A stretch of DNA of 64,000 nucleotides from an uncultured Planctomycetia bacterium (GTDB lineage: Bacteria; Omnitrophota; Gorgyraeia; Tantalellales; Tantalellaceae), in assembly GCA_964527765.1 (NCBI GenBank), contig CAZGQR010000001.1, positions 182,353 through 246,352 of the forward strand. Reading direction: 5' to 3'. The notes under the pieces are model-generated. The model was given only the letters and a program-made list of their open reading frames with translations. It had not been told where the DNA came from and did not search any database. Both the position numbers and the translations under genes were made by a program. Positions 10,703 to 19,686 of this stretch are shown piece by piece. The stretch's first letter is position 1. Each line of letters opens with the position of its first letter.

Positions 10703-11794
10703 ATGAAGATCCGCCGTACAAACAATAAAATCAGGCTGCTGGCTATTCTGGTCACGATGATTTTTTTGTCATCGACACTTCTGCCTGTTTCTGCATCCCA
10801 TTCCGATGCGGGGCTTTTTTTGCCCCAGAGGGGCATGTGTTACGTTACGTGGGACAAAGAACGATTAGCCTCCAGCTACTCCGATAAATCACTCGCGAAA
10901 CTGATGTCACTCGGGGTCGAATACATATCAATAAGCGTGACACAGTATCAGGAAAGGCATAATTCAACCGATATAAAACGCACCGGCAACACCCCCAGTG
11001 ACCGGAGTCTGATCCATGCGATCAAGAAGGCCCACAAGCTGGGGATGAAAGTCATGCTTAAACCGCATATCGACCTCATTGATAAGTATGACGGTACCTA
11101 CTGGCGTGCCGATATTGGTTTCGCCTGTGAAAGAGATTGGCAAAAATGGTTCGAAAAATACCGGCAATATATACTCCATTACGCGCGTATCGCCAAAAGG
11201 CTGAATGTCGAGATCTTCTGCATCGGAACGGAACTTTCTTTCACCACGCAAAGGGAAGATGAATGGCGCAAGATCATATCAGAAATAAGAAAGGCCTACC
11301 CCGGAAAGATCGTCTACGCCGCCAACTGGGACAACTATCAAAACATAAAATTCTGGCCGGATCTTGATTACGTGGGCATCGACGCGTATTTTCCTCTCAC
11401 CTATGAATCAAATCCGTCCTTGGAGGACCTGAAAAAGGGATGGGAAAAGTGGAGATGCGATATCGAGAAGTGGCAAACCCAGGTCAATAAACCCATTATA
11501 TTCACCGAAATAGGGTATCCCAGCACATCGCACGCGCCTTATGCTCCATGGAAAGGAGGAACAGAAGGCAATGCCGATCCGGAAATACAGGCCAAATGTT
11601 ACAAAGCTTTCTTTGAGACCATGTGGGATCAACCCTGGCTTGCCGGGGTATACTGGTGGAAATGGGATACGAACATACACGCGGGGGGAACGCATAACCG
11701 GCAATTCACCCCCCAGAACAAACCGGCGCAAAGGATCATCGAGGCAAATTACAAAAGTTTCAGAAAAGACGCTACCGCGAATGCCATCCGATGA
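10703..11794 (+). CDS. Secreted glycoside hydrolase, GH113-like TIM barrel
   Basis: RBS AGGAGG before ATG 10703; signal peptide; VMLKPHID, IGTEL (acid/base), YAANWD, GIDAYFPL, FTEIGY (nucleophile), GVYWWKW. Confidence 0.85.
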   Translation: MKIRRTNNKIRLLAILVTMIFLSSTLLPVSASHSDAGLFLPQRGMCYVTWDKERLASSYSDKSLAKLMSLGVEYISISVTQYQERHNSTDIKRTGNTPSDRSLIHAIKKAHKLGMKVMLKPHIDLIDKYDGTYWRADIGFACERDWQKWFEKYRQYILHYARIAKRLNVEIFCIGTELSFTTQREDEWRKIISEIRKAYPGKIVYAANWDNYQNIKFWPDLDYVGIDAYFPLTYESNPSLEDLKKGWEKWRCDIEKWQTQVNKPIIFTEIGYPSTSHAPYAPWKGGTEGNADPEIQAKCYKAFFETMWDQPWLAGVYWWKWDTNIHAGGTHNRQFTPQNKPAQRIIEANYKSFRKDATANAIR

Positions 11795-12194
11795 GCTCGT
11801 TCTCTTTGTTAAAAATAAGGTACACTTTTTCGTCCGAAAAAAAGGATTTATCGCTGGGCTTGTAAACCCATTTCGTCAATATTCCCCCTTCTTCAGACAG
11901 CACTATCACCGGTTCCCCGTATCTCGTTTTTATGCGCTTGGCGGGCTCTCCGTGCTTGAGCTGGCCGCGATCCAGGGCGGCGGCGATCTTCCTGTAATTT
12001 TCGGTCTCTTCCTTGAGCTCCTGGATCATTTTACCGTGGCTTTTAGCGAACGCCATAAGCGCCTTGATCCCGTCTTTGGATTTGACATATTTTACCGGTT
12101 TTTTCCTGCCGGCTTTTTCTTCCGCTCTTACCGCATCGCCCGGTATGCAACAGGACAAAAATAAACCAAGGATAATGACAGCGATCTTGTTCAT
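11772..12194 (-). CDS. Secreted hypothetical protein, C-terminus resembling a SmpA/BamE-like domain
   Basis: Signal peptide; YGEP...WVY...VYLIFN pattern. The domain call is tentative. Confidence 0.6.
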   Translation of the reverse strand: MNKIAVIILGLFLSCCIPGDAVRAEEKAGRKKPVKYVKSKDGIKALMAFAKSHGKMIQELKEETENYRKIAAALDRGQLKHGEPAKRIKTRYGEPVIVLSEEGGILTKWVYKPSDKSFFSDEKVYLIFNKENELIGWHSR

Positions 12195-12373
12195 TTTGCG
12201 CCCTTCCCTTTGCCTTTGCCCTTACCCCTGCTGTCCAGGAGGGCTTTCTCCAGCACGGTTCTCAGATTGTTAAGTTCCGCTCTTGAAAGAATAAAATGCG
12301 CCCGTACCTTTTTGTCAATCGCCTGGATCTCAAAAATATCGTTTTCTTTTACATACCGGATGTTGATCCTCAT
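12191..12373 (-). CDS. Small hypothetical protein (60 aa)
   Basis: GGAGG RBS upstream; ATGA overlap with the next gene. Confidence 0.65.
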   Translation of the reverse strand: MRINIRYVKENDIFEIQAIDKKVRAHFILSRAELNNLRTVLEKALLDSRGKGKGKGKGAK

Positions 12374-12391
12374 CTTTCTCGCCCTCCGCTG

Positions 12392-13714
12392 TTAAAGGAT
12401 CTCCGCCGCAAGGGAAGCCAGTGAGCTTCTCTCGCTCTTTGTAAGGGTCATATGGCCGAACATCTTCTGGCCTTTCATTCTTTCCGCGCAATATGTCAGA
12501 CCGTTGCTGGACGAGTCCAGATACGGGTTATCTATCTGGTAAGGATCTCCGGTAAGGACCATTTTGGCATGGTTGCCCGCCCGGCTGATAACGGTTTTTA
12601 CTTCGTGGGGCGTCATGTTCTGCGCCTCATCGATTATTATGAACCGGTCAGGGATGCTCCGCCCTCTCATGAACGTCATGGCTTCCAGTTCGATTATTTC
12701 CTCTTTAATGTATTTCTCGACCTGGGACTTGACCTTGCCCTTGACCTCCTTGCTTTTCTTCTCCGCGTGAAATATGTATTCAAGGTTATCAAATATAGGC
12801 CCCATCCAGCTCTCGAGCTTCTCCTCCTTGGTCCCGGGAAGATATCCAATATCTTTTCCGAGCGGCATGACCGGACGCGATATCAGGATTCCCGCATAGG
12901 ACCCGTCCTTGATAACCTTTTGAAGCCCGGCAGCGATCGCCAGAAGGGTCTTTCCGGTCCCCGCCGAACCAACAAGGGTAACCAGGCTGATATCATCGTT
13001 CAGCAATAATTCCATCGCCATGATCTGTTCCTTGTTGCGCGGGCGGATCGACATGACATGTGTCTTGCCGAAGATAAGCGGCATCAATATGTCGAATTCT
13101 TCCTTGTATCTTCCTATCGCGGAATGCTTCGGGTCCGCGCTGTCAACAAGAAGAGCAAATTCGTTGGGGAAGAATTCCTCTTTCTCCGCCTTATACTCTT
13201 TTTTTTCGTAGAAAGCATCTATGTCGTTTTTCTCCACGTTTAAAGTGCGCCAGCCGCTGTAAAAATGCTCAAAATCGATCTTTTGTTTCTCAAAATCCAC
13301 GCTGGTGATCCCGAGGGCATCGGCCTTTATCCTGGCGTTGATATCCTTGGATACGAATATGACCTGTTCACCCTTCTGTTTCATCGTATAGGCGGCAAGC
13401 AATATCCTGTTATCCACTACCTTCTCCGACAGCCCCAATTCCGAGATCCTGTCCGGCTCTATCCCCACGGCGATCTTTAATATCCCTCCATTGTCAAGAG
13501 GATATCCCTCGCCGGGTTCCCCCTTCTGACGGAACTTATCCAGCATGCGTATCGCTATTCTCGCATTGCGGCCTTTTTCATCACGATCCCTCTTGAACTT
13601 GTCAAGTTCCTCCAGCACCTCTATGGGCAGGAGCAAGATATTGTCGGCGAATGACACAAGCGCCTGGGGATTATGCAGTATAACGTTCGTATCCAGTACG
13701 AATGTCTTTCTCAA
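12392..13714 (-). CDS. PIN-PhoH (PhoH2/YlaK-like) ATPase
   Basis: FVLDTNV PIN motif, GSAGTGKT, MRGRSI, IDEAQN; start taken at TTG 13714 after AAAGGAG. Confidence 0.9.
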   Translation of the reverse strand: MRKTFVLDTNVILHNPQALVSFADNILLLPIEVLEELDKFKRDRDEKGRNARIAIRMLDKFRQKGEPGEGYPLDNGGILKIAVGIEPDRISELGLSEKVVDNRILLAAYTMKQKGEQVIFVSKDINARIKADALGITSVDFEKQKIDFEHFYSGWRTLNVEKNDIDAFYEKKEYKAEKEEFFPNEFALLVDSADPKHSAIGRYKEEFDILMPLIFGKTHVMSIRPRNKEQIMAMELLLNDDISLVTLVGSAGTGKTLLAIAAGLQKVIKDGSYAGILISRPVMPLGKDIGYLPGTKEEKLESWMGPIFDNLEYIFHAEKKSKEVKGKVKSQVEKYIKEEIIELEAMTFMRGRSIPDRFIIIDEAQNMTPHEVKTVISRAGNHAKMVLTGDPYQIDNPYLDSSSNGLTYCAERMKGQKMFGHMTLTKSERSSLASLAAEIL

Positions 13715-13731
13715 TGTCTCTCCTTTCAGGG

Positions 13732-14208
13732 TTACGTCATCGTTTTTACCAGAGCGGCGACCTTTCCGCCGAGAGAACGGCATTGTTCTTCCGCGCGCGC
13801 ATCAGGGCTTCCGATCGAAACGGGTCCGAAATGGTCTCCCTCGCTGTCACCCTGGACTATCATGCCGTGGATCATCATCGCATTTAAAATACCCGTAATG
13901 GTCGTTTCGTTCCCGCCTCCGATATTGGCGGATGAAGAAAAAGCGCCACCCACCTTCCCGGTCAGTTTTCCGTGGAAACTGACCGAGTCATCAAAAAACT
14001 TCTTTATCTGATACGCCATAGAACCATAATATGTCGGGGATCCGATGATCAGACCGTCGTATTCCAGCGCCTTCCTGGCCGGAAAATCCTCAATGCTCTT
14101 TACGTCCACCTGTATATCGGATTCCGCTTTTGCGCCTTCGGCGACCAGGCGGGCCATGGCCGCCGTATTACCGGTCCCGGAATAATAGACTATCGCCAGC
14201 TTCTTCAT
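13732..14208 (-). CDS. WrbA-like flavodoxin family protein
   Basis: YYSGTGNT, GSPTYYG, GKVGGAFSS, GGNETT. Confidence 0.9.
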   Translation of the reverse strand: MKKLAIVYYSGTGNTAAMARLVAEGAKAESDIQVDVKSIEDFPARKALEYDGLIIGSPTYYGSMAYQIKKFFDDSVSFHGKLTGKVGGAFSSSANIGGGNETTITGILNAMMIHGMIVQGDSEGDHFGPVSIGSPDARAEEQCRSLGGKVAALVKTMT

Positions 14209-14296
14209 GCTTCATTTCCCTCCTTCCGGCAAATTTTCGGTCATCGGTCATATGTATTATAATTTAAAAATTACAAATGTTAAACAAATAAATATC

Positions 14297-15103
14297 TTAA
14301 AGTTCATCCCCCCTTGAGGGCAAGTTAATGTATGAATCGAAATCCGTATATCCCTTGATAAACTTTTTAAGGTAGGCAATACGCTCGGAAAGATAGGGAT
14401 GGCTCCTGTAAAAAGAATATCTCGCCCTTGGCGCTTTTTTGCGCAGTTCTTTGAGCTTTTCCATAGCATTGACAGCACCGTTCGGGTCGAACCCGGCCCG
14501 CCGCATGTATTTTACCGAAAGTTCGTCGGCCTGTCTTTCGTCATGCCGGGAATAAGCGGACATCAACTGGCCGATAGCCGCGTTCGCTTTCTCAGGCGTA
14601 CCCCTTTCCTTCTGCATCTGAGCTCCCAGCAGCATAAGCGCGGTAAGCCCCAGATTTGCCTGCAACCGTTTGACGGAGTGCCGGGCTTCCACATGCCCTA
14701 TTTCATGCGCCAGGACCGCTGCCACATTGTCGTCAGTCTCCAGGACTTCCACCAGGTCCTCGAACACGTAAACATACCCGCCCGGCGCGGCAAAAGCGTT
14801 ATAGTAGTCGTCTTTCTCATGGTTAAGAACGGTGAACCGGTATACAACGTCTTTCCTGTCCGCCCCGAGAGCGAGTTTTTCGCCGATCTCCTCCACCCGT
14901 TTCTGCGTTAAAGGGTCCACCGGAAGATCAAATTGCTCGCGGACCTGCTGGTCGATCTTCCTGCCCATATTTCTCTCTTTGACGGCCGGTATCAGCACAA
15001 GTTCTTCTTCTTCGGTCGCCGGGTTGATCGACATCACGCCGCCGGCCAGGAAGGGCAGAAAAAATAAAACCGTCAAAAATACAAGTGTCTTGTTTTTTCG
15101 CAT
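14297..15103 (-). CDS. Exported M48-family Zn metalloprotease (BepA/YfgC-like)
   Basis: Signal peptide, NAFAAPGG, LAHEIGH, ERQAD, SHP. Confidence 0.9.
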   Translation of the reverse strand: MRKNKTLVFLTVLFFLPFLAGGVMSINPATEEEELVLIPAVKERNMGRKIDQQVREQFDLPVDPLTQKRVEEIGEKLALGADRKDVVYRFTVLNHEKDDYYNAFAAPGGYVYVFEDLVEVLETDDNVAAVLAHEIGHVEARHSVKRLQANLGLTALMLLGAQMQKERGTPEKANAAIGQLMSAYSRHDERQADELSVKYMRRAGFDPNGAVNAMEKLKELRKKAPRARYSFYRSHPYLSERIAYLKKFIKGYTDFDSYINLPSRGDEL

Positions 15104-15891
15104 TACTTACCTTGCGGTTCTCGGTCGCCGCTTTTTATCACGAGTATCTCTTCTGTCGGGATCTCTGTTATATATTCGTCCTTTACCCTGTGCGGTGCTT
15201 TCAGGATATTGGTCTTCACATCCCGGTTGGCCCTTGCAAGCCGGGCTATTATATCCCTGACAAGGACACGTTTGGAATCGCGGTCCCTCGGACAGCCTGA
15301 CTTGATCTCAGGCAAACCTGCATCCCTTGCGTACCTGCGGATCTCTCTTTCCTCCAATAGCACCAGCGGCCTGATGATCGCGATCTTTCCCCCGAACAGG
15401 CTTTGAACCGGGTTCATGCCCGATATCTCCCCGTTGAAGATCATGTTCATAAGTATGGTCTCCACTATATCGTCCTTGTGATGCCCCAGGGCGATTTTAT
15501 TGAATCCCAGTTCCTCGGCTGTCTCGAACAGCGCTTTGCGTCTGTTCCACGAACACCAGAAGCAGTCCTGTCTCGCGAGCCGGTTTTTCCCGGCAATGGC
15601 TATTTCCTTGAAAACATAATCGCATCCGATCGATTCGAAATACCTCCTGAGCTCTTTTGTCTTTACCCGGGAACGCTGGTCGTAATCAGTGATCACATGT
15701 ATTGCCTTGACCGCGTAATCTACGGGAAGCCAGATCTTGCGCTGCTCGAGTATCCTGAGCAGGGCCAGGCTGTCCTTCCCGCCGGAAACCCCCACCAGCA
15801 CTTTATCGCCCGCGCCGATCATGCCGTAACGGTTTATCGCCATTCCGGCTTTTTTCGAGATGAAATATTCTGCCTTATTTAGTCTTTTCAT
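15103..15891 (-). CDS. ttcA: tRNA 2-thiocytidine biosynthesis protein TtcA family
   Basis: SGGKDS PP-loop, CFWC, LGHHKDD, IRPL, terminal CP. Confidence 0.8.
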   Translation of the reverse strand: MKRLNKAEYFISKKAGMAINRYGMIGAGDKVLVGVSGGKDSLALLRILEQRKIWLPVDYAVKAIHVITDYDQRSRVKTKELRRYFESIGCDYVFKEIAIAGKNRLARQDCFWCSWNRRKALFETAEELGFNKIALGHHKDDIVETILMNMIFNGEISGMNPVQSLFGGKIAIIRPLVLLEEREIRRYARDAGLPEIKSGCPRDRDSKRVLVRDIIARLARANRDVKTNILKAPHRVKDEYITEIPTEEILVIKSGDREPQGK

Positions 15892-15907
15892 GCCTGCTGT
15901 CCTAAAG

Positions 15908-16726
15908 CTAAATATCTTCCACTGACTTCAGCGTAGCCGTGACTCTGCCGAAAGGTATCAAGACCACCCCGTAGAGGGGGTACCGGTTTTTATCCGCGGC
16001 GAAATACATCCAGGCGCTTCCTTTCTTAACGCGTTTTCTTTTCAGCTCGGCGTAAGGCCTCACCTTAAACGCCGGGAAGGACCCGAGGTGAGGAAGCTTC
16101 ACGACATTAACGTTCTCTATTTTCCCAAAAAGCCGATAATTCTTTTCATTCAGATTTACCGTTATGCTGGCTTTTTCGCCGGGCTTTACCGGCAGCATCA
16201 TAAAATAGCATATGGCGCTTACCGGATCCTGCACGTTCTCTTCGATCGTGCACCGTTTTACGGACCCGTCCGTAAGATTCGTGTATATTGCTTCCATTTT
16301 CTCAAAATCATATTCCACCACAACATGTTTCCTGTAATTGCCTTCTTTTCTGTCGGCTTCATATCGACGGCTTGTCATCGTCTGCGTATCTATGAAAGAT
16401 GTATATGTATCTTCGACCCTGTAGATCTTGGAAAGGAACTTATTGGATTCCGTTACCAGGGTCACGACGTACACGTCGCGGCCGCGATAATTCTCTATAT
16501 TGCCGCTCTCGGCGCGGATCACTCCTATCGGGATATTGTTCCAGGCCATCAGGTAGGTGAGTCTCTTCCGGGCATGAAACCCGGGTCTTGTCAGCATGGA
16601 ACTTAAGACCTTCTCTTCGGAAACATCTCCGGCAGACTTAAGCGCTTTTATTGTCCCGGTATTGGCACAACCCAGGACATTCAAAAGCATCAACGAAGAA
16701 ATAACTATGGCCTGTAATTTTCTCAT
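15908..16726 (-). CDS. DUF3108-like lipoprotein
   Basis: Lipobox VLGC; LTY...W...G, YRVEDTYTS and QDPVSA patterns. Confidence 0.7.
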   Translation of the reverse strand: MRKLQAIVISSLMLLNVLGCANTGTIKALKSAGDVSEEKVLSSMLTRPGFHARKRLTYLMAWNNIPIGVIRAESGNIENYRGRDVYVVTLVTESNKFLSKIYRVEDTYTSFIDTQTMTSRRYEADRKEGNYRKHVVVEYDFEKMEAIYTNLTDGSVKRCTIEENVQDPVSAICYFMMLPVKPGEKASITVNLNEKNYRLFGKIENVNVVKLPHLGSFPAFKVRPYAELKRKRVKKGSAWMYFAADKNRYPLYGVVLIPFGRVTATLKSVEDI

Positions 16727-16822
16727 ATTTTATATTATAATCAAAAGCGGCTAAAATCGCCACAGGTATCAGATCCTACGCCCCGGATATGGATGCTCAC
16801 TAAAACCAAAAGGAGGCCCGCA

Positions 16823-17368
16823 ATGGCTTTTCTCGAACTGGCAAAATCCAGAAAAAGCGTCCGCGCATATGACAACCGCTGCGTCAGGCGAAAGGACCTG
16901 GAACTATGCGTTGAAGCAGCGTGCCTGGCGCCCTCGACCTGCAATTCCCAAGCATGGAAATTTATCATAATAGACGAACACGCCAAGAGGGAGGCGGTCG
17001 CAAAAACCGTCTTTTCCGGTCTTTATAAAATGAACGCATTCGCGAGTGAAGCTGCCGCTTTCATAGTCCAGATCTCGGAAAGAGTGAAATTCCCCGCCTG
17101 GGTCGGCGGAAAGCTCAGGAATACCGATTTCAGGCGTATAGATGCAGGTATCGCCTGCGCGCATCTCATTTTACAGGCACAGGAGCTCGGCATCGGAACA
17201 TGTATTCTCGGCTGGTTCGACGAGAAAAGATTAAAAAAGATACTTTCCGTACCCTCGGGAAAGAAGATCGAGCTTGTAATCGCCCTGGGATATCCGGCAC
17301 AACCGGAGCAGCTTCCCGAGAAACGCCTCAAGGATAAAAACGAAGTTGTTTCGTTCAACAAATACTAG
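16823..17368 (+). CDS. Nitroreductase family protein
   Basis: RKSVRAY, APSTCNSQAWKF, GIGTCILG; RBS AGGAGG before ATG 16823. Confidence 0.92.
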   Translation: MAFLELAKSRKSVRAYDNRCVRRKDLELCVEAACLAPSTCNSQAWKFIIIDEHAKREAVAKTVFSGLYKMNAFASEAAAFIVQISERVKFPAWVGGKLRNTDFRRIDAGIACAHLILQAQELGIGTCILGWFDEKRLKKILSVPSGKKIELVIALGYPAQPEQLPEKRLKDKNEVVSFNKY

Positions 17369-17437
17369 TTTTGAGTCATCCCTGCCGAGGTCTTTCGCGG
17401 GACTTCGCGGGATGTTACAAAATGACAATGCCGCAAG

Positions 17438-17472
17438 AAAAAGCCCGTCCTGCTAAGCAGGACGGGCTTTTT
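17438..17472. terminator. Bidirectional intrinsic terminator
   Basis: AAAAAGCCCGTCCTGC-TAA-GCAGGACGGGCTTTTT between convergent genes. Confidence 0.9.
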
Positions 17473-17492
17473 AAATAAGTTCAAACTATTCT

Positions 17493-17789
17493 TTAATCGG
17501 TACTCTCACTCTCCGGATACCAGAAAGTGGCTATTCTCCAGATACCTTCGACAAACCTGGCAATGCCTCTACCCGCATCATCGCTCGTGTGGGCCGTATT
17601 GTCCACGCCGGACGGCGTGCCTTTCGTATTGGTTTCGGTAAGATTGTCAGGAACTTCAACCGGCCCGTACACCAATTCATCCAACCCCTCACCGAGGTTC
17701 TCCAAAGGTTTATTCGTAGAAGCGAACGCGCTAATGTTAAATAACATTACAAATATGGCCAAAAATATCAAAAGCTTCTTCATCTTCAC
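17493..17789 (-). CDS. Small secreted protein, TIGR04073-like (exosortase-system-associated family)
   Basis: Signal peptide; LGEGL...GPVEVP...GIAR...TFWYP resembles the family pattern. Recognised by eye only. Confidence 0.55.
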   Translation of the reverse strand: MKMKKLLIFLAIFVMLFNISAFASTNKPLENLGEGLDELVYGPVEVPDNLTETNTKGTPSGVDNTAHTSDDAGRGIARFVEGIWRIATFWYPESESTD

Positions 17790-17810
17790 CCCCTTTAACC
17801 TTTAAGCTGA

Positions 17811-17839
17811 AGTATATCCCATATACCGGCAATTGTCAA
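17811..17839 (-). promoter_or_regulatory. sigma70 promoter
   Basis: TTGACA-N17-TATACT. Confidence 0.8.
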
Positions 17840-17890
17840 GTTTGAAAACCTAATTGCCGGTTACATCAGAAAGCCAAATACCCCGACCCG

Positions 17891-18400
17891 TCACAAGATA
17901 CCGGCGAAACTCAGCGCGGCTATGGTCTTGGAATCATTTATCCTGCCGTTTTTGAACAATCTTCGGGTCCCGCGCCTGGTGAACCGTTCCACCCTGATCA
18001 GTTCATCACCGTCTTTTCGCCCTTTTTTCCTGCTTTCGCACCTGGCTTTGAATATATATATTTTCTCGTTGCAGAAACCGGGCGTGCTGTATACAAGGCC
18101 TATCCTCTTAAGGTCCTTTACCGTGTAGCCGGTTTCTTCCACCACTTCTCTTTTCGCACAGGCATAAGGCGTTTCGCCCGGCTCAAGCGTCCCGGCCGGT
18201 AATTCCCAGATATATTTCCCTATAACGCCTCTGTACTGGCGGATAAAGACGATCTTATCTTTGACAAAAGGTATAATGAGAGCCGCCCCGGGATGGTCGA
18301 CCTCTTCAAAATATGCCTTCCGGCCGTTGGGAAGCTTTTTCCTGCCCTTAAAGACCCTGAAAAGGCGTCCTTTAAACACTTCCCTCCGGCTAAGCCGCAT
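17891..18400 (-). CDS. NUDIX hydrolase (ADP-ribose pyrophosphatase-like)
   Basis: ELPAGTLEPGETPYACAKREVVEETGY Nudix box. Confidence 0.92.
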   Translation of the reverse strand: MRLSRREVFKGRLFRVFKGRKKLPNGRKAYFEEVDHPGAALIIPFVKDKIVFIRQYRGVIGKYIWELPAGTLEPGETPYACAKREVVEETGYTVKDLKRIGLVYSTPGFCNEKIYIFKARCESRKKGRKDGDELIRVERFTRRGTRRLFKNGRINDSKTIAALSFAGIL

Positions 18401-18815
18401 CCGTGCCTTCCCCCAAACGCTTTATCTGCAAATTCAGCACTTTGAGCATTACCACCTTTTCAAGGTAACTCAGGCTGAACGGTTTGATTATATAATCGTC
18501 GGCACCCAGCTTGAACGCCTCGTCAATGACATCCTCATCGGACACGCTGGTCATCATTATAACCCTTGTGTCCGGGGCGGCCTCCTTTATCTCCTTAAGC
18601 ACCTGTATGCCGTCCTTGCCCCACCCCAGCTTTACATCCAAAAGAACAAACGCGGGAGACTCTTTTTTTACCAGCTGGAGAGCTTTGCCGCCATTGGTGG
18701 CCTGCAAAACTTCATAATTCTTATGTGTGAAAAAATCATAAAGAAAAGATACGATACCGACCTGGTCATCGACTATAAGCATCCTGGGCTTATTGCCCTT
18801 CTTCTCATTATTCAT
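18390..18815 (-). CDS. Single-domain response regulator
   Basis: LIVDD, LLDVKL, MMTS, GADDYIIKPF. Confidence 0.92.
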   Translation of the reverse strand: MNNEKKGNKPRMLIVDDQVGIVSFLYDFFTHKNYEVLQATNGGKALQLVKKESPAFVLLDVKLGWGKDGIQVLKEIKEAAPDTRVIMMTSVSDEDVIDEAFKLGADDYIIKPFSLSYLEKVVMLKVLNLQIKRLGEGTDAA

Positions 18816-18868
18816 TATCTACCGTCCTTCATTAGTTAAGTTCCGGCATCGGAACAAAGACATAGAAA

Positions 18869-18897
18869 AGTATACATAATACATCTGGATTTTTCAA
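18869..18897 (-). promoter_or_regulatory. sigma70 promoter
   Basis: TTGAAA-N17-TATACT. Confidence 0.65.
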
Positions 18898-18984
18898 GAA
18901 TTGTCTATGGAACACGAACAGACACGGGAGCGGTTTCCTTTGACTTTGTTCGGAACAGGCCGGCCGCAAGCAAAAGCGTGCAGT

Positions 18985-19014
18985 AAAAAAAGGAGCCGAT
19001 CGGCTCCTTTTTTT
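18985..19014. terminator. Intrinsic terminator (perfect palindrome)
   Basis: AAAAAAAGGAGCCG-AT-CGGCTCCTTTTTTT. Confidence 0.88.
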
Positions 19015-19041
19015 ATCCCTGCTCAAGGTCTTCTGTTATTT

Positions 19042-19416
19042 TTATTTTTTCAGATACTCCAGCATGGCCTCTTCCTTTTTCTCGTCCCACTCCTGCTTAA
19101 AATCGGCCCTGTGCTTTGTCTTCAAAGCGGGTGTTATCGTGCAGGTATTGTGGAAGCTCGGGCGTGCCGGGGTACCGGTCTTTTCATTGCTCGCGATCGG
19201 AGTAACTTTAAAAAGAAGTGCCGAAAACACCATAACTACAGCTATACCGGCGGCGCTATATTTCTTAACCTGGTGGGCCCAGAGTGACACCGTTTTGCAT
19301 CTCATCTCGACGCCGAAATCGATCTCCCCCTTAAGATAATCACCTGCGGTATTGATGGCATCTTCTTTGTCCGATGCGTTGCATATCAATTCAATCAATG
19401 TCCTGTATTTCATCAC
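19042..19416 (-). CDS. Hypothetical single-TM protein
   Basis: Has its own promoter and terminator; central hydrophobic helix. Confidence 0.7.
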   Translation of the reverse strand: MMKYRTLIELICNASDKEDAINTAGDYLKGEIDFGVEMRCKTVSLWAHQVKKYSAAGIAVVMVFSALLFKVTPIASNEKTGTPARPSFHNTCTITPALKTKHRADFKQEWDEKKEEAMLEYLKK

Positions 19417-19458
19417 ACTACCCCCATACTAACAAAAACTCTTACTTTTGTTTACCTT

Positions 19459-19487
19459 ATTTTAACCTGCTGAATGCTCCCTGTCAA
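19459..19487 (-). promoter_or_regulatory. sigma70 promoter
   Basis: TTGACA-N17-TAAAAT. Confidence 0.8.
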
Positions 19488-19601
19488 CTAACTATTTTAA
19501 ACTTAACATCAAGAAACATTTTATAAAAACTAGCTATTTTTGTTGTTTTTACTAACTTTTTTAACACTAATTCTGGGGGTAAGTTTAGAATTAAAAAATT
19601 G

Positions 19602-19665
19602 AGGGACAGGTCTGGGATTGATTCAGGGACAGGTCTGGGATTGATTCAGGGACAGGTCTGGGATT
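19602..19665 (+). repeat. Tandem repeat, 23-bp unit AGGGACAGGTCTGGGATTGATTC x ~2.8
   Basis: Exact copies start at 19602, 19625 and 19648 (the last is truncated). Confidence 0.92.
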
Positions 19666-19686
19666 AAAATTTTTTACGGTCTGGGT

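Noticed and set aside
17369-17430. Degenerate GTCAT...ATGAC palindrome after the nitroreductase
   Set aside because: Pairing is weak and there is a single copy, which is too little support.
18839-18960. LexA/SOS boxes among the GTTC/GAAC words
   Set aside because: The spacings (N1, N8) do not match known N4 palindromic or N7 direct-repeat boxes, and the downstream genes are not SOS genes.
19602-19665. CRISPR array
   Set aside because: Units are contiguous and identical with no unique spacers, and there are no cas genes.
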